Origin: Candidatus Hydrogenedentota bacterium
GTDB lineage: Bacteria > Hydrogenedentota > Hydrogenedentia > Hydrogenedentales > SLHB01
DNA length: 64,000 nt
Direction of reading: 5' to 3'
Assembly (NCBI GenBank): GCA_963745075.1
Contig: CAVUWV010000019.1
Coordinates: 1 to 64,000 of the forward strand
In this document: piece after piece, positions 49,892 through 59,939 of the stretch
Numbering within the stretch: the stretch's first letter is position 1
Layout: each line of letters begins with the position of its first letter
Made by a program: the position numbers and the translations under genes
Notes under the pieces: model-generated
Seen by the model: the letters and a program-made list of their open reading frames with translations, nothing else
Told to the model about the DNA's origin: nothing
Database searches by the model: none

Positions 49892-52413
49892 ACATCAAAT
49901 CTCAACACATTTGATTTCTTGATGCCGATCGGTCGGTTGCGGGGTTCCGAATTGGCGGGTGCGACAGCGGCCATGTGCTGGTACGCGAATGCGGCGACGA
50001 GGTATGCGCCCACGGCCAACAGGACGACCGCACGAAATCCCAGGTGTACCGCGCAAAGACTTGCTGTCAAAGCGCCTACGACCGACGCGCACCCGTTGAT
50101 CCCCCACGCCCACGGCAGGAGAAGTTCATGGCGCAACGCAACAAGTTGCAGCCCGGTGGGAAAGGGGATCCCCATGGCAAAGGCGACGGGCGCCAGCAAG
50201 GCGATGCTCGCGGCGATCTTCACGAGGTCTGGCCAGCCCGAGCCGAATGCGAAGACGGTACCCAAACCCGATAGATAGAGCACCGCGAGTACGCCAATGG
50301 CAGTGACGGTTGCCACCATTGGGTGGCGGCCCTGCCCGTGCAGACGGTCGGCGAAAAGGCTGCCGAGTCCGGAGAATACAAGAAATGCGGTCAGCACGAC
50401 GGTTACGGCGTACATGGGAAAGGCGAGGAAGAGCATGAAACGCTGGATGAAGGCAATTTCAAGGAACATGTATGCGAGTCCCAGCGCGGCGAAGTAGAAG
50501 AGGACCCAGCGCTTGGCCTTGGGGCTTGTTCCCCTTCGCGCGAATACCATCAGCGGCGTGAGGATCAGTATGACGCTTACCGCAATCCCCTGAATGAGTG
50601 TGGCCACCAAGGCGAGATAACCCCATTCCATGTACGGGAGCCAGTTGGTTCCGAACTGGCGCAACAGCTTCGGAAGATACCGCCATTTTACGAACCGCGA
50701 AAAGTAGGGGCGGTCGTCCGTCGCAGGGCGGACGAAGAACACGCACTCGCGATAGGCGCGCTCGGGATCGCCGGATAGGATCTCCTGTGCGAAGCGATAG
50801 TAGGCCGGTTCCTCGAGTACCACGAACCGGTTTGCGTCTTCCGGTTCGATTCCCGGGAGATAACAGAGATCGAACCACCGGTCATTGCAGAACCGGCGGA
50901 CCGCGGCGATGTCGCGTGCGTTCAATCCCTCACGGGTCACAAGCACCGTGGCGGTATTCCATGTCCGGATGAATATGAGATGATCGTCGGGCTGGTCGAT
51001 GCCCGCGCGCCGGCACGCGGCGACGGCGGTGGCGAAGAGTTTCAGGGCGGTGCGCGGCGGCGTGTCAATCCAACAGGTCATGGAGAGCACGCCGTCAGAC
51101 GTCAGTCGGTTGATGTAAAGGGACAGGGCCTCGATCGTATACAAGTAGCTTTCGGTCGCCGCCTGGGTACCCGCAGTGGACGCGAGGAAGGAACCCTGCA
51201 CGGGCAGGATGATGAGGTCGTAGCAATTGCCGTGCGACTGGAGGAAGCCCCGTCCCTCGTCGATGTTTGCTGAAACGTCGTCCCGCGCGTAGATGTCGCC
51301 GGAGAACGCCGCAAGGGGACCGCGAACCAAGTCGATTACCGCGTGTTCAACCTCGACGGCGTTGACGTGCGATGCGCCATGGGCCAGTGCGCCGAGGATG
51401 TCCGCCCCGCCGCCGGAACCGATGACTACGGTGTGGGGATTCGATCGGGCCACACGGTAGGCGACGGCCGAAGTGACGTAATCAAGATACGCCATACGTC
51501 CAAGATCGCCGTCGAACCGGTTGACCGGTGAGACCGCGCCGGCATCGAAGAAAAGACCGATTTGTTCGGGTAACGGACCCAGTTCGCTCATGGGGTAGTT
51601 CGAAATCTGGCCGGGCGTTTCACGGATCTGTTTGGAAGCTACGGCCGTCACGACGGACATGGGGCTTACCGACTCCGCAACGATCCGTGCATCGGGGTAC
51701 TGGAGCGCGTAGGAAAGCCCCTTGTATTCGGAAACGCGGACGGGGGTGGTCCAGTCCATCAGGAGCGGCAGCGCGGCCAGCGCGATTGTCGGGATTCCTA
51801 CAAGTGGACCGAATCGAAATCGCCACGCCAGCAGCGTAAACGCGAAGGCGACGACGATGGCGAACACGTAGGGAAGTAACGCGGGTTGAACGTAATGCAA
51901 GAGGAAGATGACGGTCAGAGCGCCCATGCCCGAGCCGAGCATATTGACGAAGTACATCCGTCCAACGGCGTTGGGGGTTAACATGAATCCGCACATGATG
52001 CACGTGGCCGTGAAGAAGAACGGGATGGTCAACACTGCGTACAGCGCGATGAGATTCGCCCATTGGCCCTGCATGGCCACAAGCTGCAAAGTCTCGAAAG
52101 GGATGCGCTGGCTGAGGTCGTAGCACAGAACCAGCGACAGGGCGAGCATCAAGGTGCTGAATTGCAGCAGGCCAGCTTCATGGCCGCGCAAGAGGTTTTT
52201 CGCCAGGGCAATGACCGTTCCGCTGAGCCCGAACCCCAACATCGCGATGCTGATGACCATGTAGGCGAAGTGGTGCCATTGCCCGATGGTGAACACGCGC
52301 ATCAGCACGACTTGGTAGGCGATACCCACGGCACTGATGAGAAAGATCGCGACGTGCAGTGCCGTAACGCGGTCGAAAACGTTTGAGCCTACGGTACCGT
52401 CCGAACTTCGCAT
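49888..52413 (-). CDS. Polytopic membrane protein with spermidine synthase-like SAM-binding domain
   Basis: HFAYMVISIAMLGFG, YFVNMLGSG, VIGSGGG.D, V.AVE, EGR.FL, YLYTIEA, PATDDRPYF, MGIPFP.GL, WAWGING..SV. Confidence 0.85.
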   Translation of the reverse strand: MRSSDGTVGSNVFDRVTALHVAIFLISAVGIAYQVVLMRVFTIGQWHHFAYMVISIAMLGFGLSGTVIALAKNLLRGHEAGLLQFSTLMLALSLVLCYDLSQRIPFETLQLVAMQGQWANLIALYAVLTIPFFFTATCIMCGFMLTPNAVGRMYFVNMLGSGMGALTVIFLLHYVQPALLPYVFAIVVAFAFTLLAWRFRFGPLVGIPTIALAALPLLMDWTTPVRVSEYKGLSYALQYPDARIVAESVSPMSVVTAVASKQIRETPGQISNYPMSELGPLPEQIGLFFDAGAVSPVNRFDGDLGRMAYLDYVTSAVAYRVARSNPHTVVIGSGGGADILGALAHGASHVNAVEVEHAVIDLVRGPLAAFSGDIYARDDVSANIDEGRGFLQSHGNCYDLIILPVQGSFLASTAGTQAATESYLYTIEALSLYINRLTSDGVLSMTCWIDTPPRTALKLFATAVAACRRAGIDQPDDHLIFIRTWNTATVLVTREGLNARDIAAVRRFCNDRWFDLCYLPGIEPEDANRFVVLEEPAYYRFAQEILSGDPERAYRECVFFVRPATDDRPYFSRFVKWRYLPKLLRQFGTNWLPYMEWGYLALVATLIQGIAVSVILILTPLMVFARRGTSPKAKRWVLFYFAALGLAYMFLEIAFIQRFMLFLAFPMYAVTVVLTAFLVFSGLGSLFADRLHGQGRHPMVATVTAIGVLAVLYLSGLGTVFAFGSGWPDLVKIAASIALLAPVAFAMGIPFPTGLQLVALRHELLLPWAWGINGCASVVGALTASLCAVHLGFRAVVLLAVGAYLVAAFAYQHMAAVAPANSEPRNRPIGIKKSNVLRFDV

Positions 52414-52462
52414 AGCACCACCGTACCAGGGCCGGCCGCGAGTGTACGTCACCTTGGGAACG

Positions 52463-53281
52463 TCAGATGACTTCTCCCGCTCCGCCGGTCCCCGCCGAAG
52501 TTGTATCGCCTAGTTCGTTCCGGAAGCGTTCGAAATCCGCTTTCAACGTCTTCGCGACGATGGCAAAATCGCTGCTGTGAACGATGAAATTCGTGCCCTG
52601 CTTGGCCCACTCGATTTCGCGCTCGATTTCTTCCGAGTAGTGAATGCCCACGCCCACCGAGGCGGCCCGTGCCTTCGTGATGATCGTCGTGATCGCTTCC
52701 TGGAACGTGGGATGCCCGTATTGCTCCGGAATACCGAGACTGATGGACAAGTCGTGAGGTCCCACGAGCACCGCGTCGAGGTCCGGCACGGCGAGAATCC
52801 GATCGAGCGCCGACAAGGCCGGTGTGCTCTCGATGTTCACGACCATGACGCGGTCGGCGTTGCGTTGGACCAGGTACTCGCCCGTTTCCTCGTTAGGGAT
52901 CTCGTCGCCTTTCAGCACGGCGTCCAACCGCTTGCCCTTCAAGGGCCGCAGCTTGACCGCGCCGCGCAGCGCCATGACTTGGTCCACCGACTCCACGTAG
53001 GGCGCGATGATGCCGTGGGCGCCGCCGTCCAGCACCATGCAGGCCCGGTACGGGTCGGGTTCGGGGATGCGCACGATGGGGGCGATGTTCAGCGCGTCAA
53101 AAGTCCGGCACATCCAGGAGAGTGTCTCCCGCGCTAATGAAATGTGTTCGGTATCGATGAAGACAAAATCCATGCCCGTGCCGGCCATCATGGACGGCCA
53201 TGCGGGTGACGGCGACACGCAACAGGTTCCATACACGCGTTTGCCGGATCGCAGGGCGGCGGCCAGTTCTTTACCTCTCAT
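52463..53281 (-). CDS. HpcH/HpaI aldolase family protein
   Basis: DFVFIDTEH, PIVRIP, VLDGGAHGIIAP, NIES, VGPHDLSISLG. Confidence 0.88.
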   Translation of the reverse strand: MRGKELAAALRSGKRVYGTCCVSPSPAWPSMMAGTGMDFVFIDTEHISLARETLSWMCRTFDALNIAPIVRIPEPDPYRACMVLDGGAHGIIAPYVESVDQVMALRGAVKLRPLKGKRLDAVLKGDEIPNEETGEYLVQRNADRVMVVNIESTPALSALDRILAVPDLDAVLVGPHDLSISLGIPEQYGHPTFQEAITTIITKARAASVGVGIHYSEEIEREIEWAKQGTNFIVHSSDFAIVAKTLKADFERFRNELGDTTSAGTGGAGEVI

Positions 53282-53385
53282 GGTGGGTCGTACTCCCTCT
53301 GGTTTAGCTGATTCTCCATTGTAGTGGATTTTGCGCGGTGCTGCATCTTGAGAGCCGGGATCTGCGCAGGGAGTAGGTTTTTGGG

Positions 53386-53427
53386 CCGATCGGACGGATC
53401 CGTCGGATCGGACCGATCGGTCGGATT
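53386..53427. repeat. Nonamer-periodic palindrome, copy 3
   Basis: CCGATCGGACGGATCCGTCGGATCGGACCGATCGGTCGGATT. Confidence 0.7.
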
Positions 53428-53549
53428 GGACTGTCGGCCTGCGTTCCAACACGATGGTCGCCGTTGATGGATTTTTGGACGACGAGCCCGCGAGCCTCTA
53501 CAATACTGGACCGCGAGGTCCCGTTTTCGGGAGTACAGGAGAGCACGCC

Positions 53550-54273
53550 ATGCAGAAGGTATCGCATTTCCCCACGGCATTTGTTGCGCGTATTGCCACG
53601 ATTCTTGTTCTCGGGGCAATGCTTTTTGCTGCGTCTGCCGCGCACGCCCAAAAGGAGGACCGCTGGGAGCCGGCTATCCAGGCCTTCGAGGCGCAGGACC
53701 GCGACGCGATGCCGCCGGAAGGCGCGGTGCTCTTTGTCGGGAGTTCCAGCATCCGGGTCTGGGATTTGGACGAATCGTTTTCCCGATCTCGTGACGATTA
53801 ATCGCGGATTCGGCGGCTCGACGATTGCCGATGTGAACCGGTACGTGGACCGCATCGTCATTCCCTACAAGCCCGCGACGATTGTCTTTTACGCGGGCGA
53901 TAACGACGTGGCCCAGGGAACGACTGCGGAACAGGTGTTTGAAAATTTTAAGACCTTTGTGGGAAAGGTCGGGGCCGCGCTGCCGGACACCAAAGTCATT
54001 TTCATCTCCATCAAACCGAGCGTCGCGCGGTGGAAGCTGTGGGATGAGATGAAGAAGGCGAACGGACTAATCGAGGACTACTGCGGGAAGGATGATCGGC
54101 TAACCTACGTGGACCTCGGCGCATTGCTCCTTGGCGAAGACGGCAAACCGCGAGCCGACTTGTTCAGGGAGGATGGCTTGCACCTCAACAAGGACGGCTA
54201 CGCCAAGTGGAACGCAGCGCTGCGTCCCTACCTTGTTAACGCGATGAAGAAGGAAGAGGCGAAGGCGAAGTAA
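53550..54273 (+). CDS. Secreted SGNH/GDSL hydrolase, frameshift in T-run 53778-53781
   Basis: Signal peptide, LFVGSSSIR.W then (shifted) INRGFGGS, YAGDND, SIKPS.AR, DGLHLN..GY. Confidence 0.88.
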
Positions 54274-54299
54274 GCGAGACTGGGCTCAGCGAAATGGTT

Positions 54300-55559
54300 T
54301 CATTCCGCAAGGCGAATTAAGGCGCGGCCTGCGTGGAAGGAGGTCTTCCACTCGTTGCCTTTGTCGGTGGTCAGGGGTTGGCCGGTGTCCCAGTGCACGT
54401 CTTGGTACCAATCGCCGTATTCGTGGTCGATCTGGTAGGTCCATACCCAGTCGAACAGGTTCCGCAGCGCGTCGCGGTATTTCTCATCGTTGGTCCACGC
54501 AAAGGCATCGACGAGGGCGTTTAACATTTCTGCTTGACCCCACCAGGGTTTTAGCAAGCGGTCTTCCGGCAGGTCAGTCGCATTGACTACGTGGCCGGTC
54601 ATCGGTCCATAGGCCGCAAGTCCGCCGCGATCACGATCGAACCCAAATTTTAGCGCGTGGTCGATAAGTCCGAGGGCCGCATCCCGATAGTCGTCGCGCG
54701 GTTCGCCCAACACATCCGCCGCCGCGAGGAGGAGCCAGGCCATTTCGACGTTTAGTCCGTAGGACGTGGTCATCACGCCGTGCGCATCCGAAACGGGATT
54801 CCAGTCGTAGTCAAAAGCGGTGATGCTGCATCCATGTTCGGCGTGAATGCCCTTGTCCCGGATGAGTTGGGTCACATTGCGCAAGGCAGCGAGATGTTTC
54901 GGGTCGCGCGTGGCACCCGCAAGATACACGAGGCACTCCATCATGTTGGTGTGCATGTCAACGGTCTTGATCTTCGGCTGCGCGCCAAGGTGCATCTGGT
55001 CGGCGTTCAATGCGGGCCAGTCTTTGTCATCGAAGTCTTCGATGTATCCCATGTCGCGATCCGCGGCCTTGGTCTGGACCACGTCAAACACGCGGTTCAC
55101 CCATTCCGATACGTCCTCGCGTTGTGATGCGCGATAGAATTCCGCGAGACCCGTAATGGCGTAGGCGTGGAAGTCTGTGTTCTTGCGCGTGCACTTGGGT
55201 TTTCCGCCGCGTGTGACGGAGAAGTAGAATCCGCCATCCCGCTCGTCCCACATACATTGGGTCACGAAATCGAAGGCCTTGGACGCGAGGTCGAGGTAGC
55301 CGCGATCGGTCAAACCATGCCGATGCGCCGCCGAGAGACTCGCGATCATGCGAACCTGCATCATGAGGATCTTTTCGCTGTCATCGAGGCGACGGCCTTG
55401 CCGGTCAAGCCGCGTCAGGAACCCGCCGTACTGGTCGTCCCAGGCGTGGTTGGCCCAGAACGGCATCAGGTTTTCGGCCAGCGCGGATTCGGCGCGGGAG
55501 CGGATATTGGAAGATGGATGATCGATGCCGGAAATCGAGTGTTTTCGTGTGTTTTCCAT
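54300..55559 (-). CDS. AGE-family epimerase (cellobiose 2-epimerase-like)
   Basis: PFW...D..YGGF, MWD...GGFY, K......AYAI.GL.E, SYGLNVE.AWLL, WWGQAE, D..YG.W, WK..FH..R. Confidence 0.85.
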   Translation of the reverse strand: MENTRKHSISGIDHPSSNIRSRAESALAENLMPFWANHAWDDQYGGFLTRLDRQGRRLDDSEKILMMQVRMIASLSAAHRHGLTDRGYLDLASKAFDFVTQCMWDERDGGFYFSVTRGGKPKCTRKNTDFHAYAITGLAEFYRASQREDVSEWVNRVFDVVQTKAADRDMGYIEDFDDKDWPALNADQMHLGAQPKIKTVDMHTNMMECLVYLAGATRDPKHLAALRNVTQLIRDKGIHAEHGCSITAFDYDWNPVSDAHGVMTTSYGLNVEMAWLLLAAADVLGEPRDDYRDAALGLIDHALKFGFDRDRGGLAAYGPMTGHVVNATDLPEDRLLKPWWGQAEMLNALVDAFAWTNDEKYRDALRNLFDWVWTYQIDHEYGDWYQDVHWDTGQPLTTDKGNEWKTSFHAGRALIRLAE

Positions 55560-55816
55560 CTTTCGTATTTTAGCCTTGGTGCGTTCCGGTCTGTATTTCT
55601 TGCGAACAACGCTCAGAGGATGAACGTTACAGGCCCGTTGGATCAAGGATGCCGTATGCGGATAGACCCGAGACGCCCGGAAAAGGGCCGCACTGGGAGC
55701 CAGGCGCTCCCAATGCGGCGAAGGGTGACTTCCCGCTTGATTCTCGAGTTTGTCCCGCCACACCACGGTGTTTTACGTCGTCATTCGTGCGAAACCACCA
55801 CGGCACAAAATGCAGT

Positions 55817-55846
55817 TTGACTGCATCTTGCGGGCTTTGGTAGACT
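55817..55846 (+). promoter_or_regulatory. Sigma70 promoter of the infC operon
   Basis: TTGACT (55817-55822), 18 bp including TG, TAGACT (55841-55846). Confidence 0.7.
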
Positions 55847-55865
55847 AGCGTGCTTTTGAAGAGCA

Positions 55866-55990
55866 AGTAGAAGCACGCGCTTCTCACCTTGCCGCGATCC
55901 CGGGGACGGGATTTGGGCGCAAGGTTGTCAGCATGGGATACCTATGTGTTCTCGGCGGCAGAGGCGTGTTGTGCCTTGCCGCCTTTTTTG
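55866..55990 (+). ncRNA. Ribosomal protein L20 leader (attenuator with terminator)
   Basis: AGAAGCACGCGCTTCTCACCT...AGGT motif as in the Bacillus infC L20 leader, ending in GGCGGCAGAGGC..GCCTTGCCGCC-TTTTTT; upstream of infC-rpmI-rplT. Confidence 0.8.
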
Positions 55991-56068
55991 TGCGTGCGGG
56001 TGGATGCCGTGGTCCGTCCGGGCGCAGTGGATGAAAATCGAGTACACGGGAGGCAGGAGGGAACACTA

Positions 56069-56599
56069 ATCGCCAGGCCTATTGAGCAACGAGTGCGGGT
56101 GAATGAGACCATTAACGCCCGCCAGGTCCGCGTCATTGATGAGGAAGGTAACCAGTTGGGGATTATGTCCCCGGCCGATGCGTTACGCGACGCCTACGAA
56201 CGCGGGCTGGATTTAGTTGAAGTAGCGCCGAATGCGTCACCGACGGTGTGCCGCATCATGGACTACGGAAAGTACAAGTACCAGCAGAGCAAGCGTCAAA
56301 AGGAATCGAAGAAGCACCAGCATACGGTCACGGTGAAGGAAGTGAAGTACCGGCCAAAGATCGACAAGCACGACTTCGATTACAAGACGAACCACGTGCG
56401 CGAGTTCCTGGGAGAAGGCAATAAAGTCAAAGTTACCGTGATGTTCCGCGGCCGCGAACTCGCGCATCCGGAGTTTGGACACGAGATCCTCACCCGCGTG
56501 CTCGAGGCGACCCGCGACCTATGCCAGGATCAGATCGATCCCAGGCGACAGCGCCTGGAAGGGCGGAACATGACGATAGTGCTGACGCCGTCCAAGTAG
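56069..56599 (+). CDS. infC: Translation initiation factor IF-3 (ATC start)
   Basis: RVNETI.A.QVRVID..G.QLG, LDLVEVAP, CRIMDYGKYKY, KEVKYRP.I..HD, KVKVTVMFRGRE; AGGAGG then ATC at 56069. Confidence 0.96.
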   Translation: MARPIEQRVRVNETINARQVRVIDEEGNQLGIMSPADALRDAYERGLDLVEVAPNASPTVCRIMDYGKYKYQQSKRQKESKKHQHTVTVKEVKYRPKIDKHDFDYKTNHVREFLGEGNKVKVTVMFRGRELAHPEFGHEILTRVLEATRDLCQDQIDPRRQRLEGRNMTIVLTPSK

Positions 56600-56785
56600 G
56601 GCGGGCGTCCGGCTGATAGCGATTGCAGCGGTTTCCCTCGTACGGCGGGGGAGGGATGTGGCGATCAACGGAGCGTGGCGGCGGAGATCGCGGCGTGTTT
56701 GCGCTGCGTGCGTCGAAGTGACGTTCCGTGAACGACGAGATCCCGGACAGCGCGAAAAGCGGTCCGGAGTGATGGAGGATTACGA

Positions 56786-56983
56786 ATGCCGAAAATGAAA
56801 ACCAACCGATCCGCGTCCAAGCGGCTGAAGCGCACCAAGACCGGTAAGTTTAAGCGGTTTAATGCCTTTGCGCGGCATAAGCTGACTCACAAGACGGCGA
56901 AGCGGCGCCGGCGCTTGCGTACGGCCGTACTGGTCGACGGCTCCGAGCAGAAGCGTGTGGAACGCATGCTTCCGTACGGCTGA
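56786..56983 (+). CDS. rpmI: 50S ribosomal protein L35
   Basis: MPKMKT..SA.KR.K.T.TGK..R.....RH.L..K..KR.R.LR. Confidence 0.97.
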   Translation: MPKMKTNRSASKRLKRTKTGKFKRFNAFARHKLTHKTAKRRRRLRTAVLVDGSEQKRVERMLPYG

Positions 56984-57054
56984 CCGTAGCGCAACCCGAG
57001 GAAAACACGCACCGAAGGCGCCCGCCAGGGCCCAACGGATGGAGGATTTGAACG

Positions 57055-57420
57055 ATGCCAAGATCTACGAACGCGCCGGCTTCCCGGAGCCGCCGCAAGA
57101 AATTTATCAAGCGGGCCGCCGGCTACCGGGGGAGCCGCCATCGCCTGTTGAAGACCGCCCGGCAAGCCGTCGAGCATGCGGGTACCTACGCCTATCGTGA
57201 TCGCAAGACGCGCAAACGGGACTTCCGGAAACTCTGGATCGCCCGTATCAATGCCGCGACGCGCGCCGAAGGGCTGACTTACAGCCGGTTCATTTTGGGC
57301 TTGAAACTTGCCAATATCAACGTCAACCGGAAGATGCTGGCCGAAATCGCGGCGACGGATGAGGCCGGGTTTCAGCGTCTGGTGGAAGTGGTGAAGGCCA
57401 AGCTCCAGGCTGCGGCGTAA
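57055..57420 (+). CDS. rplT: 50S ribosomal protein L20
   Basis: A.GYRG.R, YAYRDRK.RKRDFRKLWIARINAA, YSRFI.GL, NRKMLAEIA. Confidence 0.97.
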   Translation: MPRSTNAPASRSRRKKFIKRAAGYRGSRHRLLKTARQAVEHAGTYAYRDRKTRKRDFRKLWIARINAATRAEGLTYSRFILGLKLANINVNRKMLAEIAATDEAGFQRLVEVVKAKLQAAA

Positions 57421-57425
57421 CGCGC

Positions 57426-58154
57426 ATGCGGGTAGTCCCTGCAGTAGACATTCGGGGCGGACACTGCGTGAACTTGGTCCAAGGCGACTACGACCAGGAG
57501 ACGGTGTTTGGTGAAGATCCCGTGGCCCAGGCGATCGCCTGGCACGAGCAAGGCGCTGAAATGGTCCATATCGTAGACCTGGACGGCGCGCGCAAGGGGC
57601 AACTCTGTGTTTTGGCGGAAGTCTTGCAGATGTCGGCTATCCGTATCCCCGTGGAAGTGGGCGGCGGAATTCGGACCGTCTGCGATCTCGACATGGCCTT
57701 CCAGGCGGGTGCCGCTCGCGCCATTCTCGGTACGGCAGCGTTTCGCGATCCCCGGTTTCTGCGGACCGCGGTGGCGACGTACCCCGGGCTGGTCGCGGTC
57801 GGTATCGATGCCCGTGGCGGCAAGGTGTCGTTGAGCGCCTGGACGGAGGATACGCAGGAAGACGCCGTTCGTTTCGCCAAGCAGGTGGAAGAGGCGGGCG
57901 CCTGCCGGATCATTTACACCGATATTCTGAGTGACGGCATGATGCGCGGCCCCAATCTCGAAGCGACGCGCGCCGTCGCGCAGGCCGTGAATATCCCCGT
58001 GACGGTGTCCGGCGGCGTGTCGTCCCTGGACGACATACGCAATGTCTGCGCGTTGGAACCGGACGGGGTTGACGAAGTCATTGTCGGCCGTGCCCTCTAT
58101 GTGGGGGCGTTTACGTTGCCCGAGGCGATTGAGGTGACGCGGGAGGGTTCGTGA
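57426..58154 (+). CDS. hisA: ProFAR isomerase HisA
   Basis: PAVDIRGG.CV.L.QGDY, HIVDLDGA, EVGGGIR, YTDI..DGM..GPN, SGGVSS..D, IVGRALY. Confidence 0.95.
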   Translation: MRVVPAVDIRGGHCVNLVQGDYDQETVFGEDPVAQAIAWHEQGAEMVHIVDLDGARKGQLCVLAEVLQMSAIRIPVEVGGGIRTVCDLDMAFQAGAARAILGTAAFRDPRFLRTAVATYPGLVAVGIDARGGKVSLSAWTEDTQEDAVRFAKQVEEAGACRIIYTDILSDGMMRGPNLEATRAVAQAVNIPVTVSGGVSSLDDIRNVCALEPDGVDEVIVGRALYVGAFTLPEAIEVTREGS

Positions 58155-59009
58155 ACCCGAACTTCGGAACAGTCACTATCGTCGGCGTCGGATTGCTAGG
58201 CGGATCCCTGGGCCTTGCATTGAAGGAGCGAGGCCTCAGCCGTCTGGTCCGCGGGGTGGGCCACCGCCAGGTGTCGTTAGACGCCGCGCTCGCCCGGAAA
58301 GCAATCGACGAAGCATTTCTCGATCTTCCCCCTGCACTAAAAGACGCCGATCTCGTAGTTATTTGCACGCCCGCTGGGTTGGTCCCGGAAACGTTGGACC
58401 GGATTCGGCGGGCGACTTCTTCTTCCGCCGCGATCACCGATGTGGCGAGCACGAAGGCGGCGATTTGCGCTCACGCCGACCAATGTTGGCCCGGACGCCG
58501 CCGGTTTGTCGGTAGTCACCCCATGGCCGGTTCGGAAAAGTTCGGGCCGGAGCACGCCACCGCGGACCTGTACGAGGGCTGTGTCACAATCCTGGAACCG
58601 TTGGCGGGGCAGGACCCCGACGCGCACGAAACGGTCCGAAGGCTGTGGAGTGCGGTCGGCGCGTCGATCGTGGAACTGGATCCCGGAACGGCACGACACA
58701 CTTGTGGCGCGAACCAGCCACATCCCCCACATAATGGCGGCACTCGTCGCGGAACAAGCAACCTGGGCGCGGGGCGTGCCGTCCGTAATCGGCAAAGGCT
58801 TTCTCGACACCACCCGCGTGGCGGCAGGCCGGCCGGAAATCTGGCGCGACATCTGCCTGACCAATCACGAGGCGATTGTCGCCGGACTGGATGATCTGGC
58901 AACTCGCCTGGTGGCTGTACGGGCCGCCATTGAAAACGGCGCTGGAGATGAACTGGCCGCGTTCTTTGAGGCGGCCCGCGTAGCACGCGAACAGGTGCTG
59001 GACCGATGA
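58151..59009 (+). CDS. tyrA: Prephenate/arogenate dehydrogenase, frameshift at ~58683
   Basis: IVGVGLLGGSLGLAL, TDVASTK, FVGSHPMAGSE, then shifted HD..VA.TSH.PH, GF.DTTRVA...PEIWRDI. Confidence 0.9.
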
Positions 59010-59641
59010 ACGGTGTATTTATCACGGTCGAAGGTGTGGAAGGCTGCGGGAAATCCACGCAGATTGCCCTCTTGAAGAAGTATCTCGAATCGGCGGGCCG
59101 CGACGTGGTCGTTACGCGGGAACCGGGCGGTACCCCCATCGCCGAAACCATTCGTGGAATTTTACTGGATCCCGAAAACGCGGAATTGTCGCCGGTTGCC
59201 GAAGCCTTTCTGTACGCAGCCGCCCGCGCGCAGCACGTGGATGAGTTTATCCGCCCCGCGTTGGGGGCCGGCAACGTGGTTTTAAGCGATCGGTTTGCGG
59301 ACAGCACCACGGCGTATCAAGGGGCGGGTCGCGCATTGGCCGCCGATACGATCCGGACCTTGCACGCCATCGCAACGCGCGGCACCTGGCCCGAATTGAC
59401 TATCGTGGTGGATGTGCCCGTGGAAGAGGGTCTGGCACGAGCGGCGCATGGGAATGAGCTGGATCGCATCGAACGGGAACCCCTCGAATTCCATCAACGG
59501 GTCCGGGAAGGTTTCTTGGCGATCGCCCGAAGCGAGCCGGAGCGGGTCCATGTCATAGACGGCACCCAGCCGGTCGACGCGGTTGCCGCCGCGATCCGCG
59601 ATTTGGTAAAAGGACTTCTTCTGCTAGGTGACACGGTATGA
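59006..59641 (+). CDS. tmk: Thymidylate kinase
   Basis: FITVEGVEGCGKSTQ, TREPGGT, AARAQH, DRF.DST.AYQG. Confidence 0.96.
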   Translation: MNGVFITVEGVEGCGKSTQIALLKKYLESAGRDVVVTREPGGTPIAETIRGILLDPENAELSPVAEAFLYAAARAQHVDEFIRPALGAGNVVLSDRFADSTTAYQGAGRALAADTIRTLHAIATRGTWPELTIVVDVPVEEGLARAAHGNELDRIEREPLEFHQRVREGFLAIARSEPERVHVIDGTQPVDAVAAAIRDLVKGLLLLGDTV

Positions 59642-59726
59642 GGCTGTGGTTAGACGGTGCACAATGCGCGCAGAAGGGACAAGCATTCCCCACTGAAGAC
59701 AGAGATTTGGAAAACGAGCGACGTAA

Positions 59727-59889
59727 GAACATCCCCCTTAATCCCCCTTCAAAGGGGGAATTCGCGGCCCGAAGTGTCAGCCATGCACCAGGGCGAAGGA
59801 GCATCGTGGAGGTCTTCGGTGGTCCAAAACGCATCGCAAAGCGTTGCGCGGAAAATTCCCCCATTGAAGGGGGATCAAGGGGGATGTTC
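59727..59889. repeat. C/G-tract inverted-repeat doublet inserted between tmk and holB
   Basis: GAACATCCCCCTTAATCCCCCTTCAAAGGGGGAATT (59727-59762) vs AATTCCCCCATTGAAGGGGGATCAAGGGGGATGTTC (59854-59889), 34/36 complementary. Confidence 0.85.
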
Positions 59890-59939
59890 CGGCTGCCGAG
59901 TGCGTTTCGTTCGCCTTGCGCTGTCGTGCGGGGTGATAC

